Source of the DNA: Octopus sinensis
Lineage: Eukaryota
Reading direction: 5' to 3'
Length of the DNA: 64,000 nt
NCBI RefSeq assembly: GCF_006345805.1
Contig: NC_043007.1
Coordinates: forward strand, 5,084,001-5,148,000
Position 1 is the first letter of the stretch, and every line of letters starts with the position of its first letter. The position numbers and the translations under genes were made by a program. Positions 11,225 through 24,293 of this stretch are shown in pieces. The notes under the pieces were generated by a model that was given only the letters and a program-made list of their open reading frames with translations, was not told where the DNA came from and did not search any database.

Positions 11225-11975
11225 GAAGATGAAGCATTCCTCAAGCGAGTTTGTTTTAGTGACGAGGTGACTTTTCATGTTTCAGGGAAATTAAACAGAC
11301 ACAATGTGAGAATCTGGGGATCAGAACACCCCCCACCCCCCTGTGACTAGGGAGCTTCAACGGGATAGTCCAAAAGTGAATGTGTGGTGTGGAATCATGT
11401 GTAATCAAATAATTGGTCCATTTTTTTTCAACGAGGCAACAATTACTGCAGATGTTTACCTCGACCTTCTGACCGAATATGTGGCACCACAACTGATTGA
11501 TTTACAACCAACCATCATTTTCCAACAATATGGTGCACCACCACATTGGGGATGGCATGTTCATCAGTTCCTCAATCAAATATTTCCAGACCGATGGATT
11601 GGAAGGGATGGGTCAATTCCATGGCCACCGTGTTCGCCAGATATCACTCCCTTGGACATCTTTTTATGGGGTTGTGTAAAAGATATCGTGTATCAAACAA
11701 AGATATGGGACATTGCTGACTTGAAGCAAAGGATTCGTAATGTCATTGCCACCATTGATGGGGCTATACCACAACGAACATGGCAAGAAATCGAGTACCG
11801 TCTTGATGTGCTCCGCGCAACTAATGGTGCCTATATTGAGGTCTATTAAATAATAGTTTAAAAATACTTTAATATAAACAATTATTACAATAAAATAAAT
11901 CTGTTTAAGATATCTTGTCAACTGCCTTTGTAATAAAGTTTTTGAATTGTAAGGAGACTTTATGGACACCCTGTA
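11225..11975 (+). mobile_element. Tc1/mariner DD41D (rosa/Visitor-type) transposon, 5'-truncated, inactive
   Basis: FSDE..FH.SG..NRHN.RIWG; FQQ(Y)GAPPH...WPPCSPDITPLDIFLWG with 41 residues between the 2nd and 3rd catalytic positions; right TIR TTATGGACACCCTG-TA at 11960-11975. Confidence 0.85.
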
Positions 11976-13135
11976 TAATACATGGAGCACTGCAAAGTGA
12001 ATCAGAAATAAATATGCAATAAAGAAAAAAATAAAGATATTATTTTATATTTCTGGCAAGTTGAAGAATCAGACATGGCTGTGTGCTTGTGAGGTACATT
12101 TTGCAATCACATGGTTACTGTGATTTTAGATTTGGGCCAACCAGTACCATGTAGGTGAAGTTTTGGAGACAAGAACTGTTGATGTAAATGTTATGCGTAA
12201 GAATTACTGAAACAGTTGTAGGAATGATTATTTGAAATGTCACTAAAATTGTTTTCTATAATATTTTTCAAATATGTATCATCCTCGTTGTTGTTATCAT
12301 CATCATCATCAATATCATTTCAACATCTCTTTTTCCATGCTTGCACCAGGCCAGATAGAATGTGTAGAGGCAAATTTTTTACGGCTCAATAGCCATCCTG
12401 TTGCCATGCTTCTCTTGTTTCCAAGCAAAGTAATATTTCACCATGGAGGACAGGAAATGAATAACATCACTGGTATGATGGTGAGGTTCATTTGCAATCA
12501 TAATATGACATCAAAACAAGAGTAAACATGTAAAAACCAGTGGAAAAAAAATTTCTTGAGAAACAAATAAATGTCGGTGACAGGAAGAACATCTGATTCT
12601 AAAACTCAATAAGTCTTAATAAGTTCTCACTCACGAATGCCAACATGGAAATGTGACATAAAATAACGATTATGTCACGTGAGACAATTCCAAACATTTT
12701 TTGGTCTTGTACTGGCCTCATTACCCAAGTAAACATTTTACTGTATTTGTCAAAATAGTAATGAAAAGATCACTAAGTGATAACACAAGATTGTACATTT
12801 TAATGGTGAAGGAAAATAACACTGTTTAGCGATGCCATTTACATAAAACCTTCCACAAATAATGAAGTTAGTGTCAACATATAACAAGGATCATTAAAAA
12901 AGAAAAAAAAAAAACTACAAATAAATACGCAGTGAAGATATAACAACACTGACAAACAATTAGTAATTATCGTTTTCAATTATTCTAAAGACTATAAGAG
13001 ATAGCTTCACATTCTTAAACAATTATTAATTAAATCATTGAATTTCTAAACAATCACCTATCATTCTCAAAGAATTTACTTCTCATCAATTTTTAAAAGT
13101 GTTTCCTTGAAGCATTGCTTAATAAAGACAGGACT

Positions 13136-13332
13136 TATGAGGGGCATTCATTAAGCATTTCCCCGACCCACTTCCGAGGGCTGAGATAGATGAAACTTGA
13201 CATAATTCTCTACATAGTCACCACCAATGGTGAGACACTTCTCTCATCGTTTTATGCAGTTGTGAAGACCTCATCTGTAGAAGTCGGTAGATTGCATCTG
13301 GAGCCAAGACTTTGCCTCGGAAATAAGTTCAT
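13136..13332 (-). mobile_element. mariner right end (C-terminal transposase remnant plus TIR)
   Basis: Minus: EAKSWLQMQSTDFY...EKCLTIGGDYVE; TIR ...TTAATGAATGCCCCTCATA. Confidence 0.75.
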
Positions 13333-13726
13333 GTTTTAAATTAAACCCCTCCTTCAAATTTTCACGCTTAATTTGTTCCAAACACCAGTTTAATAACGAC
13401 AAAGTTATTTTACTAAATTCTTCCTATTTTCTAAATTAAATGAAACAAAAGCAGTGTATTTCAGCAGGAAAATGGTAACAAAAGAATTACAGAGGCAAAT
13501 AGGGAAGAACAAGAAGAGTAGCATAATGAGGAAGACAGGGAGAGTGAATAAGAGATGTCAAGAGAGATGGGCATGGATCGTTTCAGATATTCCTGGAAGA
13601 TCTGGTGGCAATGATCTACAACCATTATCCCTAAAACTAGGCAGGTAGAATAAGGAGTTTCAATAATCTAGAACAGGTAATGCAGATGTGAACTTGAAGA
13701 GAAAATCAATTTTAGATGATGCTTAC

Positions 13727-13853
13727 CTGGCAGAGGGTTTTCACTAAGAGGCAGATTGAATAATTCACAAAATGATTTATCATCGTCTGTCATTAGATCA
13801 ACCATATGATCTATGTCATCTCGGTCTTCAAACTGACTCAAAGGTAGGATGTG
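13727..13853 (-). CDS. GRAMD4: GRAMD4-like exon, start of GRAM domain: HILPLSQFEDRDDIDHMVDLMTDDDKSFCELFNLPLSENPLP(G)
   Basis: ttcttacag|CAC ... CCA G|gtaagc; 127 nt, phase 0-1; FCELFNLPLSENPL resembles human FHEIFNLTENERPL. Confidence 0.92.
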
Positions 13854-14119
13854 CTGTAAGAAGAAATCAGAGAGAAACATTGCCTCAGTGTTAGTATTAT
13901 AAGGAATACAATTCAAATTCCCACTACACACACACACGCACACTAATGTTGGTTTTTATGCTCATTTATAATAAAAACAAATTTTACATTAATCTGATGG
14001 GGTACTCTATACTTTGGTAGAGTACAAATTTATTAATCTTAAACAAGAACGTTGTTGACAGTCTGAAGATGGCTTAGTTGCCAAAACTTCAAAGTCCCTG
14101 TTAACAATATTTTTGTTTA

Positions 14120-14580
14120 AGACAAGGAGTGTTCATTAAAGATTTCCCCAGGCCCACTTCCCTAAGACTGGGATAAACGAAACTTGGCATAACTTCCCTA
14201 CATAGCCACCACCAATGGTGACACACTTCTCCCATCGGTTTAGGCAGCTGAGAAAATCTCATCTGTAGATTGCATCTAGAGCCAAGACTTTCTCTTGGAA
14301 ATAAGTTCATCATCATCATCCGAAAAGTGCTTCCTCTTCAAAAGACATCATAGCTGGAAAGAGGTGGAAGTCAGGTCGGAGAGTAAAGGGGAAATGAGGA
14401 AGGATTTCATAGCTGCAGGAGTATACTTTCATCTGGGTAACATGAGTATTGTGAACTGGGTTGTTGTCTTGGAAGAGGCGAATTCCTTTGGTCAGCATGC
14501 CAGCAGAGAAGCATAATATATCCCATTAATTGGGGTGTCCTTTGCCTGAAAATCCATCATCATTGCAGCACACTGGTCCC
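14120..14580 (-). mobile_element. mariner (DD34D-type) catalytic-domain and right-end remnant
   Basis: FQDNNPVH...EILPHFPFTLRPDFHLFP; shares ~190 bp with 13136-13332. Confidence 0.75.
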
Positions 14581-14731
14581 ATATATACATATATATGTAT
14601 ATATATATATATGCAGTGTGTGTATATATATGGCTACCGAATAATTGTCATATATTACATTTACAGATAAGTTCCTCTATTTACATAATATCGAGGTCCC
14701 TTTCATTCCTTTGTTGTCTTACCATTTTTAT

Positions 14732-14768
<37 letters not shown>

Positions 14769-15759
14769 CATACTGTTGTTGTGCATGTAACAATTTGGAG
14801 AAAAAGTACTCAATAGAAATGTAGAGAGCAATAAAAACAAAGAATGTTAACATAATTTGTTGTTTTATTAAAATCAAGCTTTAGGATAGCAACAACCCTG
14901 CATATTTAAATACTTATATATTCAAATTATATCAAACAAGTAAAAAAAAAAAAGTGATCAGTATATTTTGTTGAGATTGAATGTTTATCTTGTGACTCAA
15001 GTTTTATGGCATAACAATCTTCAGGTGAGAACTGATACAAACTGCTTTTGTACCTTACATTCATTGATGTTGCTGTAGCCTCTTGCATGTTCATTAGTTT
15101 GCTTTTAGCTTTTACTGATTGGCTTTTATTTTCCTGCCTTGTAATTGGTTATTTCTTTTGGTATGATGTTTGTTTTACTTGTATTTGCTGATTGACAAAG
15201 AGGCATTTTTAATTTGCTTTGGTGTTCTGTTCACCAGATTTAATCTAATGTTTGTGTTTTGGAAGGCCAAGACTCCTGGTTTGTTTTTTTGTCAGGTTGC
15301 ATTTGGTATGTATTGAACTGAATTTCTAAGTAAAGATATTATGGTTGGGTGGTTTCATTGGTGAGAATTTTGGATCGAGGGACCAGTGGAGGGATAGGAG
15401 GGAGTACAGATGGATAAGCTGGTGGGTGGATGAATGGGTATAGGTGGTAAGTATACTCAGACAGGCAGACAGATGGGAAGATAGGAGGACGGACGGATGA
15501 ATGAACGAATGGATATTATGGTTTGATATGTAGGTGGGTTGATAAATGGGCTGGTGTATATATGGGTGGATGAATGGACAGGTGGCTGGATGTATGGGTG
15601 GATGGGTGAATTGATGGATGAGTGCATGGCTTAATGGATTGATGAGTGACTGTATAAATATGAGTGGCTGGATAAGAGGATGGGTAGAAAAATAGTTGAA
15701 TGGGTGGATGGCTAGGTTAGTTTACTTATATATATAAAGAATAAAACAAATTATCTGTT

Positions 15760-15990
15760 TCTTTATTACCCACAAGGGGATAAACACAGAGGGGACAAAC
15801 AAGGACAGACAATCGGATTAAGTTGATTACATCGACCCCAGTGTTCAACTGGTACTTAATTTATCGACCCCGAAAGGATGAAAGGCAAAGTCGACCTCGG
15901 TGGAATTTGAACTCAGAACGTAACGGCAGACGAAATATGGTTACGCATTTCGCCCGGCATGCTAACATTTCTGCCAGCTTGCCGCCTTTA
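15760..15990 (-). mobile_element. SINE family A copy
   Basis: Same sequence; TATAAAGAATAAA(A/G)CAAATTATCT repeated on both sides. Confidence 0.85.
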
Positions 15991-16244
15991 TTCTATAAAG
16001 AATAAAGCAAATTATCTTTGAAGAATATTCAAGTTTATTATAAATTTAATGATTTATAAAAAATCCCAAACAAAACAAACATATGACATGTCAAACATAA
16101 GCAAATTATTTTTAAATAAATTTCAAGAACAAAAAGTAAAAACCAACAATGCATCATGCAAAGGAAATAAAAAAAAATAAAAAGAGAAATGTCGATTAAA
16201 TAAATTGCTATTATAGGATTAAATAATTATAGTTATCCATAAAA

Positions 16245-16690
16245 GGGCACCATTCGAGTGTGATCATTACCAGCGTCACCTTACTGGCACTCGAGCCCCA
16301 TGCTAGTAGGGTGCCAAGAGCACCATCTGAGCGTGATCGTTGCCAAAGTGGCTATCTGGCCTCCGTGCTGGTGGCACGTAAAAGGGCACCATTCGAGCGT
16401 GATCGTTACCAACGTCGCCTTACTGGCACCTGTGCTGGTGGCATGTGTAAATAGATTTGAGTGAGGTCATTGCCAGTACCGCCTGACTGGCCCCCATGCC
16501 AGTGGCACGTAAAAAGCACCCACTACACTCTCGGAGTGGTTGGCATTAGGAAGGGCATCCAGCTGTAGAAACTCTGCCAGATAAAGATTGGAGCCTGCAG
16601 CCATCTGGTTTGCCAGCCCTCAGTCAAAATCGTCCAACCCATGCTAGCATGGAAAACGGATGTTAAACAATGATGATGATGATGATGATC
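16245..16690 (+). mobile_element. Retroposon family C with (GAT)n tail (probably RTE-associated SINE or RTE 3' end); copies at ~9045, 19660, 37270, 38180, 40030, 43560, 56390, 56620, 57375, 58260 (+) and 5583, 43970, 54745 (-)
   Basis: Recurrent GCACCCACTACACTCTCGGAGTGGTTGGC...CCAACCCATGCTAGCATGGAAAGCGGACGTTAAACGATGATG; follows RTE C-terminal coding remnant at 43300-43590. Confidence 0.8.
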
Positions 16691-17787
16691 CATAATATTA
16701 ACACTTACTCTAATTACATGGGTGAGAGACAAAGATAGAATTCCAAGTTTATAGCAAGCAAATTTCCTATAAAACATCCATCAACTCTTTTAAATGTCCA
16801 GATAAACTGAGGTAATTTAGAATATTGGACCATGTCCAGTGAAATACTAAAATACTAGTGATGTGATTAGAACCCTTGATTATTATCATCTTCCAAGATG
16901 GCATGGACAGGATGGTTTGAGAGTATTTCTGTTATTTTAGTGTCATGTGATTTTTGATGAAGAATAGACTGATGATCAATAAAGTTCCAGTAACAATTTG
17001 GCAGAGTTGCAGGAACGGCCTCTCAATATGAATGGTGCTGCACTTCAACACACAAGAGTGAGGTGGGGGATAACAAAATTTCATATGAGCAGTTGGGGGT
17101 GGGGAGCAAAGGGTGTTAATAGACACTAACATTGTGTAGGAAACACAGCCAATATGTCAGCCCTGATGAAAGATCTAAAACAGATAGAAATGTTTTCTAG
17201 TCTGCTTTCTTTCAACTTGAGAAATGATTTTATTTCAGTCCTCGACAAATGCATAAATAACATATTGCTTTTGGTAAATAATGTTTCCACCCTTCACTTG
17301 TTTAAAGATTTAAAGAAAACATTTAGCTGAAAGCTGAAAAAATTCCAGGCATTACCATTCAGCAAGGTCACAGAACCATGGGTATCATTGCAATGTGTCT
17401 TTGTGATCTATGTCCATGACTGACAATATATGCAGGAACCAACAGCTTTTAGGATTAGAGCTGGCTTTTAGCATATTGTATATATATATTTTCTACACAG
17501 AGAAGGTTGGTGTATATAAATTCATGAGACTGCATATATTTAGTAGCACAATTAAATTCTGCTCAAGTGATCGTATTTGTTTTACATATGATGTCACCAA
17601 CATATATTTGTTTATAATGCTTATATTCATAGAGACTGCATCATGATACCTTTCTTACATAACCATGGTCTAGTGTGTGTGTGTGTGTGTGTGTAAGCCT
17701 GCAAGTATGGATGTTAACGTAATGTTTATTGTAAATTTTAAACCCAGATAAGTTCCATTTGGTTTATTATTCTCTTTAAATAGATAA

Positions 17788-17846
<59 letters not shown>

Positions 17847-20577
17847 ACTGTATATATGTATATATATGTGTGTGTGTGTACGTATATATATTCTGTTAGT
17901 ATATATGTATGCCATGTTTTGTAAGTAACTAACTTTTGTATAATATAAATTGATATCTCTGTTTCAAATGATAAAGTAGTTTCTATATTTTTCACATTAA
18001 AAAAGTATAGAAAAATGCTTTTAAGCATCCATATTTTCATCAGCATGGATGAAGTGTTAAATGTAGCCTGGTTTTGGTACAATCTACTATTTCCATAATC
18101 AATATTTCATATATGAAGAACTCTTCGGCATCTCCCGAGACACCCAGGAGGAGAAGGTCCTGCAGCACAATGAACGGCACCAACAGCTGAAGCTTGTAAT
18201 TCCAGCCATTGAGGAGAAACAACGGAGAGAATGTGAAAGGGCACATCTCTGTTACATCAAGCAGCTTCATCTGCAGCAGCAGATGTCACTGCTGCTGCAG
18301 ATGAAGAGCAGGCCTTGTGGCCCACGTGCAAGACTGCCAGAGATGATCATTAAACAAGAACGGTTAATGTTGAATTCTGACAGAAAGCCAAAGAAGAAGG
18401 TATAGGTGAAACAAATGGAAACCTGCTGAATGCCTTGAAGATCAAAGAGTCACTTGAAGGTGAAATTGAATCTACAGTTATCAATGGTTAACCAAAATTT
18501 CTATAAAACGGTGAGTTTCATTATTTCCAATGTTTTCAACATCAGAAATATCCATAATTGGATTAAAAGCAGTGATTATAAAAAAATATGTTTGGAGTTA
18601 GATAATATTATAAAGGGAGACAACTCCAAAAGTTCCTCAACTAGCAATGTGCATTAATTAATTTGTTGTCATGCCAATGAAATGGTGTAGAAGTTGGGGG
18701 TGGCCGTTAAATGACAAATAGAGAGTGAGTGAGTAATAGTAGGAGAAGTAAAGTGAAAATACGTAAAATAGATTATCTGTCATATTAACAAGACAATGTG
18801 GAAGTAGAATGCCATCAAATGATAAATAGAAAAGCAGAAAATGTCAGTAGAAGTAAAATGAAACTGAGTGGAAGAATGAAGTCAATATCTATGAAACGAA
18901 TAAAAGGTGGAAGATGTAAAATGAAAGGGAGTGGAAAGATGAGGTGCTAACATTCTGGGAGTGGCAGGTTTCATTGACAGAAAATGCAGCTGCTGAGTAA
19001 TTTATACATAAGACTCAGCTAGGGTAACATAAGTGATCTCCTTTACACCTCCATCTAAAATGAAAGTTGTGTCTTCCATTCAGTACTCTTATTTTCCTTT
19101 TGAATATAATCATGAAATAATATAGTATGTCTCTCTCTCCCCTCCACTCTCTTTTTACACACACACATTTGTGTATGTGTGTGTGTGTATGTGTTTCTAG
19201 TATAAGTTAATACTATAAAGTCATCGTTTTTTTCTATCTGGAAAACATTCTTGAGCTTTGGATCAACTAATTCCTCTAAATATAATTTGTAGACAGAAAT
19301 TAAGAGGAACCTAATGTGTGTGTGAGTGTCAGTATACATACATATACACAAACATATATATATATATATTATATATATATATATATACACACACACATAT
19401 ATTATTATTATTATTATTATTATTACTATTATTATTTATATTATGGTTACTAAGTTTGAATACGGAGAGATCCAATGGATACAAATAAATAAATTAATTA
19501 ATTAAGATCTTCACCTAAAGTTGCTTCTTTTCTCAAGCAAAATTAAAATTAAAAGCATACATCAATACATAATCTTGCATTTTAAAATAGCTTGGGTGGA
19601 AAATCATCAGGGTGTACAAAAGGACAATACATTATGATCGATTGGGATATTGATGCTGTGCTTGAGAAGACTCATCAAGCCAAGTGTGAAATCATAGTTA
19701 TGGCTGTTGTTGGTGTCACACAATTGGCACCTGTGCCAGTGGCACGTGTAAAGCACCTCTCAAGTGTTGGGCCTCATGGAGGTAATGTGGTCGATGCTGG
19801 TGCCATGTAACTAGCACCTGTGCCAGTAGCACATAAAAAGAACTTTCAAGTTTAGGGCCCCATGGTGGCAATGAGAAATGACTGAGACATTTGTTAATAT
19901 GAGAAGGAAGAACCTTCAAGACGAGTGAAATCGTAGTGAAATGGCAGATACAGGTGGCATGCAACTGGCACCGGTGCCAATGGCATGTAAAACCACCCAT
20001 TACACTCTCACAGTGGTTGGCGTTAGGGAGGGCATCCAGCCATAGAAACCAGGCCATATCAGGCTGGATTCTGGTGGAACCTCTCAGTTTACCAGCCCTT
20101 GTCAAATCGTCGAACTCATGCCAGCAAGGACAAATGGATGCTAAATGATGATGATGATGATAATGTATATATGCATATATGCAAATGAATGTGTGTGTGT
20201 ATTGTTCATTAACATATTCTCCAAAGACCATGAACAACAAGCAGTTACTTCTTCTCAACAAATTATCCACTGGCATTGTACCTTTCAAGGACATGTAAAA
20301 TAAGGGACCCCTGACCTCAAAAACAAGTAAAGTTTAGTGACAACAGTGATATCTGGCTGTCAAACAATCTCTCTCTATATGTCTAACTCATACAAGCATG
20401 GCAAAACAAATGTAAAAATAAATAACCTGATTGTCATTTTTGACAACACCAGAATACTAGTTTAATTCTAAAAGCATGTTTTCATAGAATATTGAAAAGG
20501 AATGGCATTCACTAAATCAGTCATGCAGTATCAAGGCAAGGAGACACAAATATACACACACTCACACATGCATACAC

Positions 20578-20648
<71 letters not shown>

Positions 20649-21850
20649 ATATGCACATGACAAGCTTCTCTCAGTTTCTGTCTACCAAATTCACACACAA
20701 GGCTTTGGTCGAATTACAGGGCAAAAGATGTCCAAGATGCAACACAATAGAACTCAACTCAAAACTGTACAGTCGGAAAAGCAAATTTCTTAAGAAAACT
20801 CTCCACATCTACACCTAAGGTTTATTTTATTTTACACTGAAAAGTGGTCATCAGGGAGATGTCCATCTCTAAATGGCATTTTTATTGGTGACACTTGAAA
20901 TATGTTATACTTTTTTTGGTGGTGGTGAAGAGGTGTCAAAGTTAAAGCACTTCTCAAGTGGTGCTATTTGCTTTGAAGAAGAGAATTGCTTTATTTCAGT
21001 TATATTTTGTGTTTAAGTGTCTCTTACACAGTTAGGGTATGTTGTTAAAGCAGATGTAAGTAGAGGTTGTGATCGTTTGTGCTGTATATTTTGATTTGTA
21101 ATACATCACATGACCTCATATTTGGAAGAAGGTTTACAATCAATTATATCAGTACCAGTAATTAACAGGAATTTATTTCATCAGTCTTGGGAAGATAAAC
21201 AGTGAAGCTGACCATTGCTATTTTAGCATGTCCAGCATTTATAGCCTACACTGTGAAATGATCTGTTCTGGATTAGTGGTAGGGTTAGTGTTAGGGATTA
21301 GGGTTTAAGTTTAAAGTTTAGCATTAGGATTTAGGGTTTAGGGTTAGACTGCACATCAAAATGTAAATGGCCAAGTAAACTGCACACCAAAGTGGCACCA
21401 GCTGACCTTCGTGGGATTTGAACTCAGAAAGCTGAGGGACATAACTAAATACTGCATAACATTTTGTCTCACATTTTACCAATCTCAATCCAATGCTTAT
21501 TTTTTACTGAATATTTTTATCATAGAAAGAAGATATTTTGAACAATGAACTAAAATTCATTTATAAATCATGCAGAAATCTCCCAACAAATCTCCCAACA
21601 AATCTCCCGACAAATCCATTCAGAATTTCGTTTTCAACTGAATCCAGTTTTCTATTAAACTTTCTAAATGATAAACAAGAAATCACTAATTCCTAAAATT
21701 AAAGGTTAGTATACAGTAAGGCTGTTAGTAGTTGATCATACTGTATTACTAATAACTATAATTAGTAACACAAGAAAAGCTGTCAGAATAAAATATGTAA
21801 GTATATATGTGTGTGTGTGTGTATACATATACATACATATATATATATAT

Positions 21851-22104
21851 AAACAATTGCAGCATGGAAGGTGTTTATAAGCCATTTAAAAAACACACAA
21901 AACCATTAGATTCACTTCAACATTTAAATTTAATATGTCAAAGTGATGAAATTATTTTGGCAAATTAAATTTAAATGTTGAAGTGAATCTAATGGTTTTG
22001 TGTGTTTCTTAAATGGCTTATAAACACCTTCCACGCTGCAATTGTTTTCGTTCCAGCACACAATCTCAGATCAAGTCACTCGCTATGCAAGTACATCTCT
22101 GTAA
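21851..22104. mobile_element. Second copy of foldback element, centre deleted
   Basis: Same arms and tail as 4656-4996; inverted span 197 bp versus 277 bp; flanked by (TA)n. Confidence 0.88.
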
Positions 22105-22585
22105 TATATATATATGTATATATATTAAAATGAAAAGGTCTGATATGCTATGAAAACTGAGGCTGCAAAAAAGTCACATGCAGTAAACCTAAGATACATT
22201 GGAGCAAAACTACTGAAATTGTTGCATTCAGTAGTTGATATTTGACTCTGTCAAACATTAACGTTTGGTTGAATGACAGGTTCAAATCTCATTCAGTCAT
22301 ATTTAGACATAAGTCAGAGGCAATATGCTTCGAGTTATTGCTCCGTCTTCCACACTGTTCTCATCATGTCTTGCATCTTCTTGTACGGTCATTTTTTCTC
22401 TATAGAAAAATAAAAATAATAGATTTCATTAAATTGTGTGTGTGTAGATTATATGCGTATAAATGGTATATATATGTATATATGCATACATATATATATT
22501 TATATATGTTCATATTCATTTCCATATCTTTACATATACATATTTGTGTGTGTGCTTGTGTGTGTGTGTGTGTATATATGTATGC

Positions 22586-22599
<14 letters not shown>

Positions 22600-22631
<32 letters not shown>

Positions 22632-22930
22632 ACACACACACACATATATATACACACTTTTTATTATTCTTTAATTGGCAGAAAGTCACAAGTGTGACTC
22701 AGAAGCAGAGAGTTCTGTGTCTGGCACTTATCAAACTGACCAAACTCTCAACACTTGAGACACTTTTGTAACTTTCTCCAGGCTAAAAATTATAAAAAAG
22801 TATAAATATTCTCATATATTAAGTTCCATTTCTCCTGTCGAATTCTACCAAATTTTTCCCAAGCATCAAACTAATACACTTGCTTGTTGTTCATACACCT
22901 GTCTTTGTCTTTTGTTTTCCTATAAATTTC

Positions 22931-22972
<42 letters not shown>

Positions 22973-23143
22973 TATATAGGTGCAGGAGTGGTTGTGTGGT
23001 AAGTAGCTTTCTTAACTACCACATGGTTTCGGGTTCATTCCCAGTGTGTGGCACCTTGGGCGAGTGTCTTCTACTATAGCCTTGAGCCAACCAAATCCTT
23101 GTGAATGGATCTGGTAGGCAGAAACTGAAAGAAGTCTGTCATA

Positions 23144-23198
<55 letters not shown>

Positions 23199-23686
23199 AT
23201 ATGTTTGTGTGCCTGTGTTTGTCCCCACCAACATTGCTTGACAACCGATGCTGGTGTGTTTACATTCCCGTAACTTAGCAGTTCAGCAAAAGAGATCAAT
23301 AGAATAAGTACTAAGCTTACAAAGAATAAGTTCTGGGGTTGATTAACGTGACTAAAAGCAGTGCTCCAGCATGGCTGCAGTCTAATGACTGAAACAAGTA
23401 AAAGAGTATATATATATATATATATGTTAGCAGAGATACCCAGCATTGCTCAAGATTAACATGGCATAGTTTTTTATTGTTTTACTTGTTTTGGTCATGT
23501 GACTGCAGCCATGCTGGAGCACCATTTTTGGTCAAATAAATCGCCTCCAGGATTTATTCTTTGTAAGCCTAATACCTATTCTACCAGTATGTTTTGCCAA
23601 ACAGCTGAGTTACAGGGATGTAAACACACCAACATTGGTTGTCAAGTGATGGTGGAGGTACAAACACACACACACATACACATGTG

Positions 23687-23720
<34 letters not shown>

Positions 23721-24025
23721 ATGTATACACACACACACATATATATACACACTTTTTATTATTCTTTAATTGGCAGAAAGTCACAAGTGTGACTCAGAAG
23801 CAGAGAGTTCTGTGTCTGGCACTTATCAAACTGACCAAACTCTCAACACTTGAGACACTTTTGTAACTTTCTCCAGGCTAAAAATTATAAAAAAGTATAA
23901 ATATTCTCATATATTAAGTTCCATTTCTCCTGTCGAATTCTACCAAATTTTTCCCAAGCATCAAACTAATACACTTGCTTGTTGTTCATACACCTGTCTT
24001 TGTCTTTTGTTTTCCTATAAATTTC

Positions 24026-24065
<40 letters not shown>

Positions 24066-24236
24066 TATATAGGTGCAGGAGTGGTTGTGTGGTAAGTAGC
24101 TTTCTTAACTACCACATGGTTTCGGGTTCATTCCCAGTGTGTGGCACCTTGGGCGAGTGTCTTCTACTATAGCCTTGAGCCAACCAAATCCTTGTGAATG
24201 GATCTGGTAGGCAGAAACTGAAAGAAGTCTGTCATA

Positions 24237-24293
<57 letters not shown>

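Noticed and set aside
22980-23060. tRNA-like A/B box sequences (many copies)
   Set aside because: These are SINE heads with no full cloverleaf, so no tRNA gene was called.
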